Below are positions 40,092 to 50,444 of a stretch of DNA of 64,000 bases, piece after piece. Within the stretch, counting starts at the first letter, position 1. Each line of letters begins with the position of its first letter. The translations under genes and the position numbers were made by a program. Under the pieces are notes generated by a model. That model had not been told where the DNA came from, did not search any database, and saw only the letters and a list, made by a program, of their open reading frames with translations. This stretch comes from Bacillota bacterium. GTDB lineage: Bacteria > Bacillota > DTU025. The DNA lies in the NCBI GenBank assembly GCA_050951805.1, contig JBMNJT010000008.1:352001-416000 (forward strand). Direction: 5' to 3'.

Positions 40092-40451
40092 AAACGCGAT
40101 GAAAGGGAGGAGTAGTGCGGTTAAGCTGCAAGAGAGGGATGCCCACCGGGTGGAAGGCGTCCTGGCCTCTGTCCGCGCGAAGGTCGCCCCGGAGCGGTTG
40201 GCGTGAACCAGGTTTGCTGCAGCCTGAGTGAGGCATGCAGGCAAAAGTAGCGTCAATCGGGACTGCCCGTTATAGCTTGAAAGATCGAAGTGAGTATCTG
40301 AGCCGGCTCGCCCATGACGGCAAAAGGGCTATACGGCCCTGGTCGGGCATTCTATCGGCTGCATGCCGGAGGGATGCTTGCTTTGAACAAAGGTGGTACC
40401 GCGAAGGAACGCCTCCTTCGCCCTTTGGTGGGCGGGGAGGCGTCTGTTTTT
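40092..40451 (+). ncRNA. T-box riboswitch (Val)
   Basis: GA motif and AGTA, AGAGAG distal stem I, specifier GTC at 40183-40185, T-box AAGGTGGTACCGCG at 40390-40403, terminator hairpin with TTTTT. Confidence 0.92.
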
Positions 40452-40518
40452 CAAAATGTGTCGGACACATCCTGCGACGCCTGCAGGCATGTCCGCGGCT
40501 ACAGGAGGAAAGAAGCTC

Positions 40519-43179
40519 ATGGGCACAACAGAGATATCGACTACTTACAACCCGAAAGAGATTGAGGAAAAGACTTACCAGTTCTGGCTCGAGCGTGGCT
40601 ATTTCCATGCAGAGCCCGACCCGGATCCTGAGAGGGAGCATTTCGTTATCTTAATGCCCCCGCCCAATATCACGGGGACGCTCCACATAGGGCATGCCCT
40701 CGACGTCACGATCCCGGACATTCTGATCAGATGGAAGCGGATGCAGGGGGCCAACGTCTGCTGGATACCGGGCACAGACCATGCTAGCATCGCCACTGAG
40801 GCCAAGGTCGTGGCGAGCCTTGCAAAGGAAGGCCTCTCCAAGACGGACATAGGCCGTGAGCGCTTTCTCGAGATCGCGTGGGAGTGGAAGGAGAAGTATG
40901 GTGGAGAGATAGTGGAGCAGCAGAAGAAGCTGGGCGCGTCGTGCGATTGGGACAGGAAACGTTTCACCATGGACCCTGTATGCTCCAAGGCTGTGCGCGA
41001 GGTATTCGTGAGGCTTTTCGAGAAGGGGCTCATCTACCGGGGCGATCGGATGATCAACTGGTGTCCGAATTGCAGAACCTCGTTATCGGATGTAGAGGTG
41101 GAGCACGAAGACGTTGAATCGGCTCTGTGGCATCTGCGCTATCCGCTGGCTGATGGATCCGGGCACGTGGTAGTTGCCACGACGCGCCCTGAAACTATGC
41201 TGGGCGATACCGCGGTCGCTGTGAACCCGAAGGACCCGAGGTACGCCAAGCTCGTCGGGAAAACCCTCATCTTGCCCATTATGGACAGGGAGATCCCGAT
41301 TGTTGCCGATGCCCACGTAGACCCGGAGTTTGGAACCGGGGCCGTGAAAGTCACTCCAGCGCATGACCCTGATGACTTTGAAATCGGCGAAAGGCACGGA
41401 CTAGCCTCGGTGAAGGTCATAGGCCCTGATGGTATCATGACTGAGGAGGCAGGGAAGTATGCCGGCATGACCCGGGAAGAGTGCAGGCGCCAAGTGGTGG
41501 AGGAATTGAAGAGCGCGGGCCTGCTGGAGAAGATCGAAAGCTACGAGCATGCGGTCGGCCATTGCCAGCGGTGCGGCACTGCGGTAGAACCCATGGTGTC
41601 GAGGCAGTGGTTTGTGAAGATGAAACCCCTGGCCGAACCGGCAATTGAGGCGGCGAAAGACGGAAGAGTGAGATTCGTTCCGGAAAGGTTCACCAAAACC
41701 TATCTTAACTGGATGGAGAACGTGCGCGATTGGTGTATATCCCGTCAGCTTTGGTGGGGCCATCGAATACCCGTCTGGTACTGCACCAGCTGCGACCACA
41801 TGTTCGCCTCCAGGGAAGACGCCACTTCATGCCCGAAATGCGGCGGACAAGTGGAGCAGGACCCTGATGTGCTCGACACCTGGTTCAGCTCGGCGCTGTG
41901 GTCTTTTTCGACCATGGGATGGCCTGAAGAAACTCCGGAGCTTAAAAGCTGGCATCCAACCTCAGTGTTGGTGACAGGGTACGACATCATCTTCTTCTGG
42001 GTTGCTAGGATGATCTTTATGAGCCTGGAGTTCATGGGCGAGGAGCCATTTTCCGATGTGCTCTTGCACGGGCTGATCAGGAATCCCGATGGTTCCAAGA
42101 TGAGCAGGTCGAAGGGGACAGGTGTCAACCCGCTCGAGATCATCGAAGAGTATGGCGCCGACACGCTCAGATTTACTCTGATCACAGGGAATACCCCTGG
42201 AAACGATATTAGGTGGCGTCCGGAGAAAGTGGAGGCTTCCCGCAATTTCTGCAACAAGATATGGAATGCGAGCAGGTTCGTGATGATGAACCTCGAGGAC
42301 TTCACCTTGCCCGAGGGCAAAGTGATGCCGGAAGATCTGGAGTTGAACCTTGCTGACAGGTGGATCATATCGCGCATGAACAGAGTGGCTGCCGACATCA
42401 CTGAGCAACTCGGAAGATACGACATGGGCGAAGCGGCGCGGACTATATACGATTTCGTATGGGGCGAGTATTGCGACTGGTATATAGAGATAGCCAAGCG
42501 CCGCCTGTACGGAGAGGACGATCCAGTCGGCAGGCGTACAGCCCAGTACGTTTTGTGGAAGGTGTTGGACGGTTCACTCAAGATGCTCCATCCCTTTATG
42601 CCATTCATCACCGAGGGCATTTGGCAGCATTTGCCCGGCTCAGGCGAGAGCATAATGATAGAGCCCTGGCCTACAGCGGATAAAGACGAGATCGACGCTG
42701 TGGCCGAAGCCGAGATGGCCGTTTTGATGGAGACGGTGAGAGCCATCAGGAACATCAGGGCTGAGTTCAACGTTGAACCAGGCAAGAAGGTGGACGCAAT
42801 ATTCCACGCAGACGGTGAGGCGTTCGACACTATCAACGTCAATGTGGACATCGTTGCCCACCTTGCGGGACTTGCCAGCGTGACTGTGGAGCATGTGTCT
42901 GCGGCTAAACCAGAGAAAGCTGCTGCAGCGGTTGTGCCAGGGATAGAAGTCTATCTTCCCCTTGCGGGGATGGTCGACATCGGCAAGGAGACCAACAGGT
43001 TGCGCCGCGAGGAGGAGAACCTCCTGCGCGAGGTGAAATCCGCCCGCGCGAAGCTCTCCAATGAAGGCTTCGTTACAAAGGCTCCTGCCGAAGTAGTTCA
43101 GAAGCAACGCGACAGACTCGGGGAGTATGAGGAGCAGTTGGTGAAGATCAGAGCTAGAATAGCTCAGCTAGAGGGATAA
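40519..43179 (+). CDS. valS: Valine-tRNA ligase
   Basis: PPPNITGTLHIGH, DWCISRQLWWGH, KMSRS, C-terminal coiled coil. Confidence 0.98.
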   Translation: MGTTEISTTYNPKEIEEKTYQFWLERGYFHAEPDPDPEREHFVILMPPPNITGTLHIGHALDVTIPDILIRWKRMQGANVCWIPGTDHASIATEAKVVASLAKEGLSKTDIGRERFLEIAWEWKEKYGGEIVEQQKKLGASCDWDRKRFTMDPVCSKAVREVFVRLFEKGLIYRGDRMINWCPNCRTSLSDVEVEHEDVESALWHLRYPLADGSGHVVVATTRPETMLGDTAVAVNPKDPRYAKLVGKTLILPIMDREIPIVADAHVDPEFGTGAVKVTPAHDPDDFEIGERHGLASVKVIGPDGIMTEEAGKYAGMTREECRRQVVEELKSAGLLEKIESYEHAVGHCQRCGTAVEPMVSRQWFVKMKPLAEPAIEAAKDGRVRFVPERFTKTYLNWMENVRDWCISRQLWWGHRIPVWYCTSCDHMFASREDATSCPKCGGQVEQDPDVLDTWFSSALWSFSTMGWPEETPELKSWHPTSVLVTGYDIIFFWVARMIFMSLEFMGEEPFSDVLLHGLIRNPDGSKMSRSKGTGVNPLEIIEEYGADTLRFTLITGNTPGNDIRWRPEKVEASRNFCNKIWNASRFVMMNLEDFTLPEGKVMPEDLELNLADRWIISRMNRVAADITEQLGRYDMGEAARTIYDFVWGEYCDWYIEIAKRRLYGEDDPVGRRTAQYVLWKVLDGSLKMLHPFMPFITEGIWQHLPGSGESIMIEPWPTADKDEIDAVAEAEMAVLMETVRAIRNIRAEFNVEPGKKVDAIFHADGEAFDTINVNVDIVAHLAGLASVTVEHVSAAKPEKAAAAVVPGIEVYLPLAGMVDIGKETNRLRREEENLLREVKSARAKLSNEGFVTKAPAEVVQKQRDRLGEYEEQLVKIRARIAQLEG

Positions 43180-43977
43180 GTGATGATGTCTGACAGGCAC
43201 ACTGACGAGGTCGGGGTCCCCATGGACGTTGCCGGGGGTGCCCCCTCCAACGTCTCTTTGGAGATTGTGAGGCGCGTGGACGAAGCTCTTAGACACATGT
43301 ATGGACCGAAGATGCTGGCGCCAAATGGCGATCCCGTCGGCGAGCTGATCCACATCATGCTTACGCAGAATACTTCGGACGCGAATTCCGACCGGACTTA
43401 CGCTGCATTGCGAAGCGCCTATTCCTCATGGGAGGCTGTGGCTGCCGCATCCCCGTCCGAGATCGCCGAAGTGATCCGCATGGGCGGGCTTGCGGACATA
43501 AAGGCCGCGCGCATAATCGAAGTCCTTTCCAGGATAGAGGCGGACTACGGCTGCATTAGCTTGGATGCCATCGATTCCATGAATGATGACGAGGCTTTCG
43601 ATTACCTTACTTCGCTTCCGGGTGTAGGGCCGAAGACCGCCGCGTGCGTACTCTTATTTGCCTTGGGGAGGCCAGTCTTTCCAGTAGACACCCACGTGCA
43701 CAGGGTTGCAAACCGAATTGGCCTTGTTGATACTAAACAGCCTGCCAAGACACAGGAAGAACTGGGCGCCGTTGTGCCGGAGGACATCGTCTACCAGCTG
43801 CACATGAACATGGTGGCCCATGGAAGGCGAACATGCCGCGCTAGGCGTCCAAAGTGCGAAGAGTGCGCCTTGCGGGATGAGTGCGCGTGGGCGATAGCTG
43901 CAAGCCGTAAAGCAGGAGATAAAGGCGTTTCGGAAGAATCAGTCGCCGAGCGTGTGGCCGAAGGCGGAAGAGCGTGA
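43180..43977 (+). CDS. nth: Endonuclease III / HhH-GPD glycosylase
   Basis: LPGVGPKTA, FPVDTHVHR, C-x6-C-x2-C-x5-C. Confidence 0.85.
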   Translation: MMMSDRHTDEVGVPMDVAGGAPSNVSLEIVRRVDEALRHMYGPKMLAPNGDPVGELIHIMLTQNTSDANSDRTYAALRSAYSSWEAVAAASPSEIAEVIRMGGLADIKAARIIEVLSRIEADYGCISLDAIDSMNDDEAFDYLTSLPGVGPKTAACVLLFALGRPVFPVDTHVHRVANRIGLVDTKQPAKTQEELGAVVPEDIVYQLHMNMVAHGRRTCRARRPKCEECALRDECAWAIAASRKAGDKGVSEESVAERVAEGGRA

Positions 43978-44043
43978 AGAGGGTTTGCTCCAATGCTCAT
44001 GTATTCTTCGAGAGTTGTTTTATGAATGTGAGGCATGGAGTAG

Positions 44044-45357
44044 ATGGATTATGAAGCAGCCGTTGACTATCTGAGATCCCTTTCGAGATTTGGGATCAAG
44101 CCAGGATTGGAACGCACTGAGGCCTTGCTTCAGTCGATGGGGAACCCGGAGCGAAGCATGGCTCACGTGCACATAGCGGGAACAAACGGCAAGGGTTCTG
44201 TTTCGGTGATGGTCGAATCCGCGCTGGAAGAGGCCGGACATGTTTCCGGATTGCTCACATCGCCTCACCTGCAGCGCTACACGGAGCGGATAAAGGTTGG
44301 GGGCAGTGAGATTTCCCAGCAGCAGCTCGCTGAATTAGTTGGAGAGATGGCTCCCGTCATCGCCAAGCTGAGCGAGAATGAGAACATAGGGACTCCTACG
44401 GAATTCGAGGCGCTGACTGCAGCTTGTTTTGAGTGGTTCATGCGCTCCGGTGTGGAGATAGCCGTTGTTGAAACAGGCCTAGGCGGTACCTATGACTCGA
44501 CCAACGTGGTGACCCCTGAAGTGAGCGTGATTACCCACATAGCAATGGACCACATGGATCGACTGGGCAACACCCTTTCTGAGATCGCTTCCAACAAGGC
44601 CGGGATCATCAAGCCGGGGGTGCCTGTAGTCGTGTCGCCACAGGATCCCGAGGCTATGGCCGTTATTGTCGCCAAGGCGAACGAAGTGGGGGCCGAGGTT
44701 ACGGTTGTCGGAATGGATGTCCCTTACGAGCCTATCCATATGGATCTAGACGGCACGACTGTGGATGTGGATGCTCCTGTCCTCGGTCGTTTGCGTGTTC
44801 ACACTCCCCTTGTCGGACGTCATCAAGTGACTAACTGTGCAACGGCAGTAGCTGCTCTAGATGTTCTTGAAGGACTGAAAGGCGGGACTATCTCACCTGC
44901 CGCGGTTTGCAGCGGAATAGGGAAGGCGTGCCATCCCGGACGATTCGAAGTCGTCCGCAAGTCGCCATATGTCGTGATTCTGGATGGTGCTCATAATCTG
45001 GATGGGGCGGCCAGCCTTGCGGCGACGCTTCACGAGATTGCGTATGGGCTGAGGCCGAGGGTGATGGTGTTTGGCACGTCCCGCGACAAGCCTGTCCGCG
45101 AGATGTTGGCAGCACTTGTGCCCGAGGTGGATGTGGTTATCGCCACTGCGGCGGTTGGCGCTAGGACAGGGGCGCATGATCCTGAGTTCGTGGCTAGCGT
45201 TGCCAGAGAGATGGGGGTCGAGGCGCATGCAGTCGCTTCCGCCTGCGAGGCTGTGCAGGCCGGAGCTCGGATTGCATCTGCGATTGGGGCAAAGTCATTG
45301 CTGGTGGCAGGGTCGTTGTATCTGGTGGGCGAAGTAAGGGGGATATGGAGGGACTAG
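44044..45357 (+). CDS. folC: Folylpolyglutamate synthase / dihydrofolate synthase
   Basis: AGTNGKGS, TSPHL, ETGLGG, DGAHN, GSLYLVG. Confidence 0.96.
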   Translation: MDYEAAVDYLRSLSRFGIKPGLERTEALLQSMGNPERSMAHVHIAGTNGKGSVSVMVESALEEAGHVSGLLTSPHLQRYTERIKVGGSEISQQQLAELVGEMAPVIAKLSENENIGTPTEFEALTAACFEWFMRSGVEIAVVETGLGGTYDSTNVVTPEVSVITHIAMDHMDRLGNTLSEIASNKAGIIKPGVPVVVSPQDPEAMAVIVAKANEVGAEVTVVGMDVPYEPIHMDLDGTTVDVDAPVLGRLRVHTPLVGRHQVTNCATAVAALDVLEGLKGGTISPAAVCSGIGKACHPGRFEVVRKSPYVVILDGAHNLDGAASLAATLHEIAYGLRPRVMVFGTSRDKPVREMLAALVPEVDVVIATAAVGARTGAHDPEFVASVAREMGVEAHAVASACEAVQAGARIASAIGAKSLLVAGSLYLVGEVRGIWRD

Positions 45358-46094
45358 ATTTGACGCAGGGGTGGGCAGAGATGGAGAAGTTCCGAAAGGC
45401 CCGCGTTACTGTGCTCGTGGGGGCCTTTGGATCGGGAAAGACCGAACTCGCGCTCAACTTCGCGAAGCGGCTGAACGCCGCGGGACGAAATGCGGTTCTC
45501 GTTGATATCGATATTTTAAAGCCGATGTTTCGTTCCAGGGACAAAAGAAATGACCTATCAGAGCTGGGAGTGCGTGTGGTATCGAGCGTCACTGATTATG
45601 AGGATTCCGATGTTCCTGCACTTTCGCCTGCTATATACGGGGTTATAGAGGACAGGTCATCAGACGTCGTGGTCGATGTGGGCGGTGACGATGATGGCGC
45701 GCGGGCGCTTGGGAGGTTTCGCGAGGCGCTCGAAGAAGCTGGGTATGAAATGTTGTATGTGGTCAATACGCGCAGGCCCTTCTCGTCAACTCCGGAGGAG
45801 ATAGTCTCCATGGTGCTGGCGGTTGAGGAGGCGTCCAGACTCCGATGCACTGCATTGGTGGCAAACACTAATCTGGGTTCGGAGAGCTTTGTTGGACTGG
45901 TGGAGGAAGGACTCGATATTACGCTGCAGGCATCACAAACCTTGGGAGTGCCAGTGCGGTTTGCGATGATCCAAAAGAGTGTTGCTGATTCGCAAAGGAA
46001 TGAGTTAGAGAAGATCGTGCAGGTCTACGGGGTGCCTGTGTTCGAAATGGATCGATCAATTCTGCCTCCTTGGGAAGGAATTGCACAGTCATGA
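45345..46094 (+). CDS. Conserved P-loop (MinD/CbiA-like) ATP-binding protein
   Basis: GAFGSGKTE, DID...P.FRSR, DVGGDD.GA, NTRRP. Confidence 0.8.
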   Translation: MEGLDLTQGWAEMEKFRKARVTVLVGAFGSGKTELALNFAKRLNAAGRNAVLVDIDILKPMFRSRDKRNDLSELGVRVVSSVTDYEDSDVPALSPAIYGVIEDRSSDVVVDVGGDDDGARALGRFREALEEAGYEMLYVVNTRRPFSSTPEEIVSMVLAVEEASRLRCTALVANTNLGSESFVGLVEEGLDITLQASQTLGVPVRFAMIQKSVADSQRNELEKIVQVYGVPVFEMDRSILPPWEGIAQS

Positions 46095-46178
46095 GTGGTA
46101 TTACACAAGAATAGAAGTATCTACTGAGGCGGGGCCATGCCCCGTACCGGATGAATCGAGCAAAGGAAGGGATATCAC

Positions 46179-46778
46179 ATGCCGGCGAAGCGATCGTCCT
46201 CAGGCAATGCTCTGTCATGGATCCTTGCAGTGGTCTTGATAAGCGTGGCCGCGGTCGGGGTTGGCTGGCTCATCGGGCAGCAAGTGCTGGGCTGGATTAA
46301 CCCGAACCGAAGCTCAGTATCTGAAGAAGACTCAGGAGATACTGGAGGTTACAGCTATTATCCATGGAGCGGGTCGGATGGAGCAGAAAGTGCGTCCCAG
46401 CAGCCACAGCAGACGCCTGCTCCCAACATCAATCTACCCACAAGCAGTCTGCCCGAAAGCAGCGCGGTTGAGCCCCCTACATACGGGGCAGAAAGCTCAT
46501 CAGTACCCAGTTCTGTTCCGGATAGCATTGGTTCGACACAAGACATGGTTTCCAGTCCCGTTGCTGCTAAGTTTTACAAGGTACGTGTGGGTTCTTTCGG
46601 CACAAAGGAGGCTGCGGCGGCCACCGCCAGGGAGCTCGAAGCTCAAGGTTATCCGATATTCGTCACAGGTGGTGGTCCATGGTCTGTCCAAGTTGGAGCG
46701 TTTTCGCTTAGGGAGAATGCCATTGTGCTAGGCGACATCCTTGCAAATCAGGGCTACGACGTTACAATAGTTGAATAG
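46179..46778 (+). CDS. Membrane-anchored SPOR-domain protein (SpoIIB/FtsN-like architecture)
   Basis: N-terminal TM, Ser/Pro-rich linker, YKVRVGSF..K..A and VQVGAF SPOR repeats. Confidence 0.8.
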   Translation: MPAKRSSSGNALSWILAVVLISVAAVGVGWLIGQQVLGWINPNRSSVSEEDSGDTGGYSYYPWSGSDGAESASQQPQQTPAPNINLPTSSLPESSAVEPPTYGAESSSVPSSVPDSIGSTQDMVSSPVAAKFYKVRVGSFGTKEAAAATARELEAQGYPIFVTGGGPWSVQVGAFSLRENAIVLGDILANQGYDVTIVE

Positions 46779-46974
46779 CTGTGCGCATGCCATTTCCAGG
46801 GCTAATGAAACAGGCGTTGGCGCGTGGAGCGTCCGCCATGGGCGGCAACGATCGGTTATGCGCGGTAGTTTGCGGAGCGATCAGCAATAATGATACAGGC
46901 CCGGTCCGGGCGCAAAAAGTGTGGGCCGGGCCAGGCGCTTTTTGGATGAGTGTCGGGTCCATAGTCTTGAATAC

Positions 46975-47006
46975 GCCGCTCCTTGAGTAGGAGCGTAGAG
47001 TGAAAC
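46975..47006 (+). repeat. Solitary type I-C-like CRISPR repeat unit in the DRTGG operon leader
   Basis: 32 nt GCCGCTCCTTGAGTAGGAGCGTAGAGTGAAAC; perfect 7-bp stem CGCTCCT/AGGAGCG; tail differs from GTGGATTGAAAC at 2 positions. Confidence 0.65.
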
Positions 47007-47019
47007 GAGGGAGCGAGGC

Positions 47020-47403
47020 TTGAAGCTTGCAGACATCCGGGAGCTGATAGGGGCGGAGGTCCTTGTTGGGGAGGACAAGCTTTCCACTGTTGAGATCGAA
47101 ATGGCGTGCGGCTCGGACCTCATCAGTGACGTGCTGGCATTTTGTCATGACAAGACGCTTCTTTGCACGGGGCTCGTCAGCGCGCAGGTTGTTCGCACGG
47201 CGGAGATCGCTGGGTTGTCCACGATAATATTCGTTCGGGGGAAAAGGCCTGATGAGAGTGTCATAGAGATGGGCAAGGCTGCCGGAATCCCAATGCTTGC
47301 AACGGATCTTCCGATGTTTGAAACTTGTGGCTTGCTATATGGCGCTGGCGTTGGCGGCATCTGCCTTGGCGCCGATGGGAGCAGGCGAGGAGATGTCGGA
47401 TAG
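47020..47403 (+). CDS. DRTGG-domain protein
   Basis: CGSDLISDVL, TGL, VVRTAE, VRGK. Confidence 0.85.
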   Translation: MKLADIRELIGAEVLVGEDKLSTVEIEMACGSDLISDVLAFCHDKTLLCTGLVSAQVVRTAEIAGLSTIIFVRGKRPDESVIEMGKAAGIPMLATDLPMFETCGLLYGAGVGGICLGADGSRRGDVG

Positions 47404-47903
47404 TGTATCGCGGTGGCAATGATGGACAAGCCATTGATCGGGCTAGTGCTGCCTTTTCTGGGGCAGCCAGTCCTCACTCGGAACCGGTGCTAGAGATGAG
47501 CTTTCGAGTCGACCGATACGATTTCGCTGCAGCCGGCGAGGCGGCCAGCAAGATCAAACAGGTTCTGAGGCAATTGGGCATGGCACCCGAGTTGGTACGC
47601 CGTGCGGCAGTGGCAGCGTACGAGGCAGAGATGAACCTAGTCATACACTCGGAGGGCGGACAGATCCTTCTCCGTGTGGACACGGAGAAGGTGACGCTTG
47701 TCGCTTGCGATGGAGGACCGGGAATGCCCGATGTTTCCTTGGCAATGCGCGAAGGCTACTCAACAGCGCCGGATGAGATAAGGGAGATGGGGTTTGGGGC
47801 CGGAATGGGGCTTCCGAACATGAAGAGGTGTTCTGATTCGTTTTCAATAGAATCTGAGGTGGGACGCGGGACGACTGTGACCGCAGCAATCAGGATAGCC
47901 TAG
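47403..47903 (+). CDS. Anti-sigma/RsbT-like HATPase Ser/Thr kinase
   Basis: YEAEMNLVIH, DGGPG, GYSTAP, GFGAGMGLPN; likely GTG start at 47403. Confidence 0.85.
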   Translation: MYRGGNDGQAIDRASAAFSGAASPHSEPVLEMSFRVDRYDFAAAGEAASKIKQVLRQLGMAPELVRRAAVAAYEAEMNLVIHSEGGQILLRVDTEKVTLVACDGGPGMPDVSLAMREGYSTAPDEIREMGFGAGMGLPNMKRCSDSFSIESEVGRGTTVTAAIRIA

Positions 47904-47955
47904 AGAAGGAGAGCAGCCAAAACCGTGGCAGTTCGCGTTCCATGGGGAGGTTGAA

Positions 47956-49296
47956 ATGGGCATGGAGGGCCGGTTCCATTCTGTGAAACTCCTCGAGGAA
48001 AAATGCAAAGGCTGCACCAACTGCATTAAGCGTTGCCCGACTGAGGCAATCAGAGTTCGGGAAGGAAAAGCTGTAATCAACGCTGCCCGATGCATCGATT
48101 GCGGAGAGTGCGTGAGAACCTGCGAAAACCACGCCAAGACCATTATCGCTAACTCCATCGACGACCTCAAAAACTACGATTATACTATTGCTCTACCGGC
48201 GCCGGCTCTGTACTCGCAACTAGGCCGGGCCTCAGGCCCTGACGAGGTGGTATGGGCTCTTCAGGAGATCGGCTTTGACGCAGTGTGCGACGTATCCTTT
48301 GGCGCAGATATCGTTACCGAGTGTACGCGCAGACACCTAATATCCCATCCTAAGCCTCGGCCGGTGATTTCCGCGGCGTGTCCGGCCGTAGTCCGCTTGA
48401 TTCAGGTGAGATACCCCAACCTCATTTCCCACGTAGCCCGAGTTGAGAGCCCTATGTACGCTGCGGCCCGTGTAGCCCGAGTTGAAGCCGCCGAGAAGCT
48501 CGGCATAGCGGGCGATCGCATCGGCGTGTTTTTCATCTCTCCTTGTGCGGCCAAGGTAACAGCGGTTATTGCCCCATTGGGATCAGAGTTTTCGTGCGTG
48601 GACGGTGCGATTTCGATATCAGACATATACGGCGAACTCATGACTGAGCTAGGACGAGGACGCAGCGCCCGGCCCATGCACAGAGGGTCGAACCTTGGGT
48701 TTGCATGGGCAAACAGCAGTGGAGAACTGAAGGCGTTGGGACTTCATAACGTCTTGGCTGTGGACGGAATACACAATGTTCTGGGACTCCTTGAAGAGGT
48801 AGACAACGGCAGGCTGGCAGGGGTGGACTACATCGAAGCCTTGGCATGTCCTGCGGGGTGTGTTGGAGGTCCGGCTACAGTCGAGAACCCCTTCGTTGCG
48901 CGGGCGCGTATGATCGAGATCTCAAAAGCTGTGGAGGCTGATTCCGCTGAAGCTCTCTCCGAGGCAAGGCGGCTGGTAGATGAGCGCGGGACAGATTTCT
49001 TCGCTCTCCAGGGCGAGCTTACGGCCCTCTCAGGTCTTGAGATCGATCCGCGCCTCGAAGTAGCCATTGCCAAAATGAGTGAGCTGGAGCGAGTTTTGGC
49101 TCGGCTTCCGGGCTTAGATTGCGGTGCCTGCGGGTCGCCAACTTGCCGTGCCCATGCAGAAGATGTTGTGTGCGGGAATGCATCTGAAGTAGATTGCGTG
49201 TTCAAGCTGAGAGAGGCCATGGAAGAGGTGGCCGAGGAGCTCCTCAGATTGGCCAAGACGGATCTTCCGTCGCTGCAGAGGAGGAACGACAAGTGA
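47956..49296 (+). CDS. [FeFe]-hydrogenase-like protein (2x4Fe-4S, divergent H-domain, C-terminal FeS domain)
   Basis: CKGCTNC..CP, CIDCGEC, SAACPAV, SPCAAK, EALACPAGCVGG, LDCGACGSPTC. Confidence 0.85.
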   Translation: MGMEGRFHSVKLLEEKCKGCTNCIKRCPTEAIRVREGKAVINAARCIDCGECVRTCENHAKTIIANSIDDLKNYDYTIALPAPALYSQLGRASGPDEVVWALQEIGFDAVCDVSFGADIVTECTRRHLISHPKPRPVISAACPAVVRLIQVRYPNLISHVARVESPMYAAARVARVEAAEKLGIAGDRIGVFFISPCAAKVTAVIAPLGSEFSCVDGAISISDIYGELMTELGRGRSARPMHRGSNLGFAWANSSGELKALGLHNVLAVDGIHNVLGLLEEVDNGRLAGVDYIEALACPAGCVGGPATVENPFVARARMIEISKAVEADSAEALSEARRLVDERGTDFFALQGELTALSGLEIDPRLEVAIAKMSELERVLARLPGLDCGACGSPTCRAHAEDVVCGNASEVDCVFKLREAMEEVAEELLRLAKTDLPSLQRRNDK

Positions 49297-49637
49297 CTGT
49301 TCGGGAGATAGCTGCCGTTTTGGGAATGAAATGCGTGGCGGGAGGCGTAGGGCTGGACAGGGAGGTCTCATCCGGATACGTTTCAGATTTGCTCAGCGAT
49401 GTCATGGCGAATGCAAGTGATGGCGGGATATGGGTTACTTCACAAGTTCACCAGAATGTTGTTGCTGTTGCGCTCCTGCTCGATCTCGCAGCTGTCGTGA
49501 TCGCAGGGGGGCTTGAGATGAATGAGGATGCCATTGCCAGGGCAGAGGCGGAAGGCATGCCAATCCTGTCCACCAAGATGTCGGCGTTCGAGACAGTCGG
49601 CAGACTATACGAGCTGGGCGTGAGGGGAGATTCCTAG
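49293..49637 (+). CDS. Second DRTGG-domain protein
   Basis: GYVSDLLSDVM, WVT.Q.H.NVVAVA; GTG at 49293 follows GAGGAGG. Confidence 0.85.
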   Translation: MTVREIAAVLGMKCVAGGVGLDREVSSGYVSDLLSDVMANASDGGIWVTSQVHQNVVAVALLLDLAAVVIAGGLEMNEDAIARAEAEGMPILSTKMSAFETVGRLYELGVRGDS

Positions 49638-49639
49638 GG

Positions 49640-50383
49640 ATGGTTCAGGGCTTCGCCGCCGATCTGCACATTCACACTTTCCTATCGCCATGCGCGGGCA
49701 GGGAGATGAACCCGAAGGCAATCGTGGGGCGGTGCTTGGACCTAGGGCTCGACATAATTGCCTCTGCAGATCACAACTCAGCCGCCAACGTTGAGGCTTT
49801 GGCTGCGGCGGCAGAGGGGACTGGACTTACCGTCATCTGTGGCATGGAGGTTTGCACAAAGGAAGAGGTTCATCTGTTGACATTGCTGCCAGATTTGTCT
49901 GCCATGCATGAATGGGAGCTGATAGTTGCACCCCATAGAGCTACCGGCAGGAACATCCCGGAAATATTCGGAAGGCAGTGGATTTGTTCGCCGCGCACTG
50001 GAGATATCACAGAGGAGACCGCGCTCTTGTCCGCCCCAACAACGCTATCCGTGGACGAAGTCGTGGATGGCGTTGACGCCTTGGGGGGCATTTCGGTTCC
50101 ATGCCATATCGACAGGCGTGCTTTCAGCATCGTAGCCCAGCTAGGATTTGTCCCGGACCACCTCGACATTCCCGTACTGGAGATATCCAGGACGATTACG
50201 GCAACCGAGGCCAGAGCGAGGTTTCCTGCGACGCAAGGCCGCGTCCTGCTCTCTTCCTCCGATGCCCACACTTTGGAAGAAATCGGATTGGGATGCTCGC
50301 TCTTTTGGCTGGAAGAACCGACATTTGCTGAATTAATTCTTGCTCTTCGCGGAGAGGCAGGAAGATACGTGCAAGTGGAGTAA
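49640..50383 (+). CDS. PHP-domain phosphoesterase
   Basis: DLHIHT.LSPC, DHN, GMEV..KEEVH, HIDR, SSDAH. Confidence 0.88.
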   Translation: MVQGFAADLHIHTFLSPCAGREMNPKAIVGRCLDLGLDIIASADHNSAANVEALAAAAEGTGLTVICGMEVCTKEEVHLLTLLPDLSAMHEWELIVAPHRATGRNIPEIFGRQWICSPRTGDITEETALLSAPTTLSVDEVVDGVDALGGISVPCHIDRRAFSIVAQLGFVPDHLDIPVLEISRTITATEARARFPATQGRVLLSSSDAHTLEEIGLGCSLFWLEEPTFAELILALRGEAGRYVQVE

Positions 50384-50444
50384 AGGCGATTGCTTATAGC
50401 GGATTTTCCGTGCTGGGCAGAGTATACAGAAATGGCGGTGTGGT

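Noticed and set aside
38937-40256. 439-aa minus-strand ORF (likewise 29378-30397, 41745-42851, 62591-63787 and other overlapping ORFs)
   Set aside because: Antisense or alternate-frame shadows of well-supported genes, expected at this GC content and codon bias.
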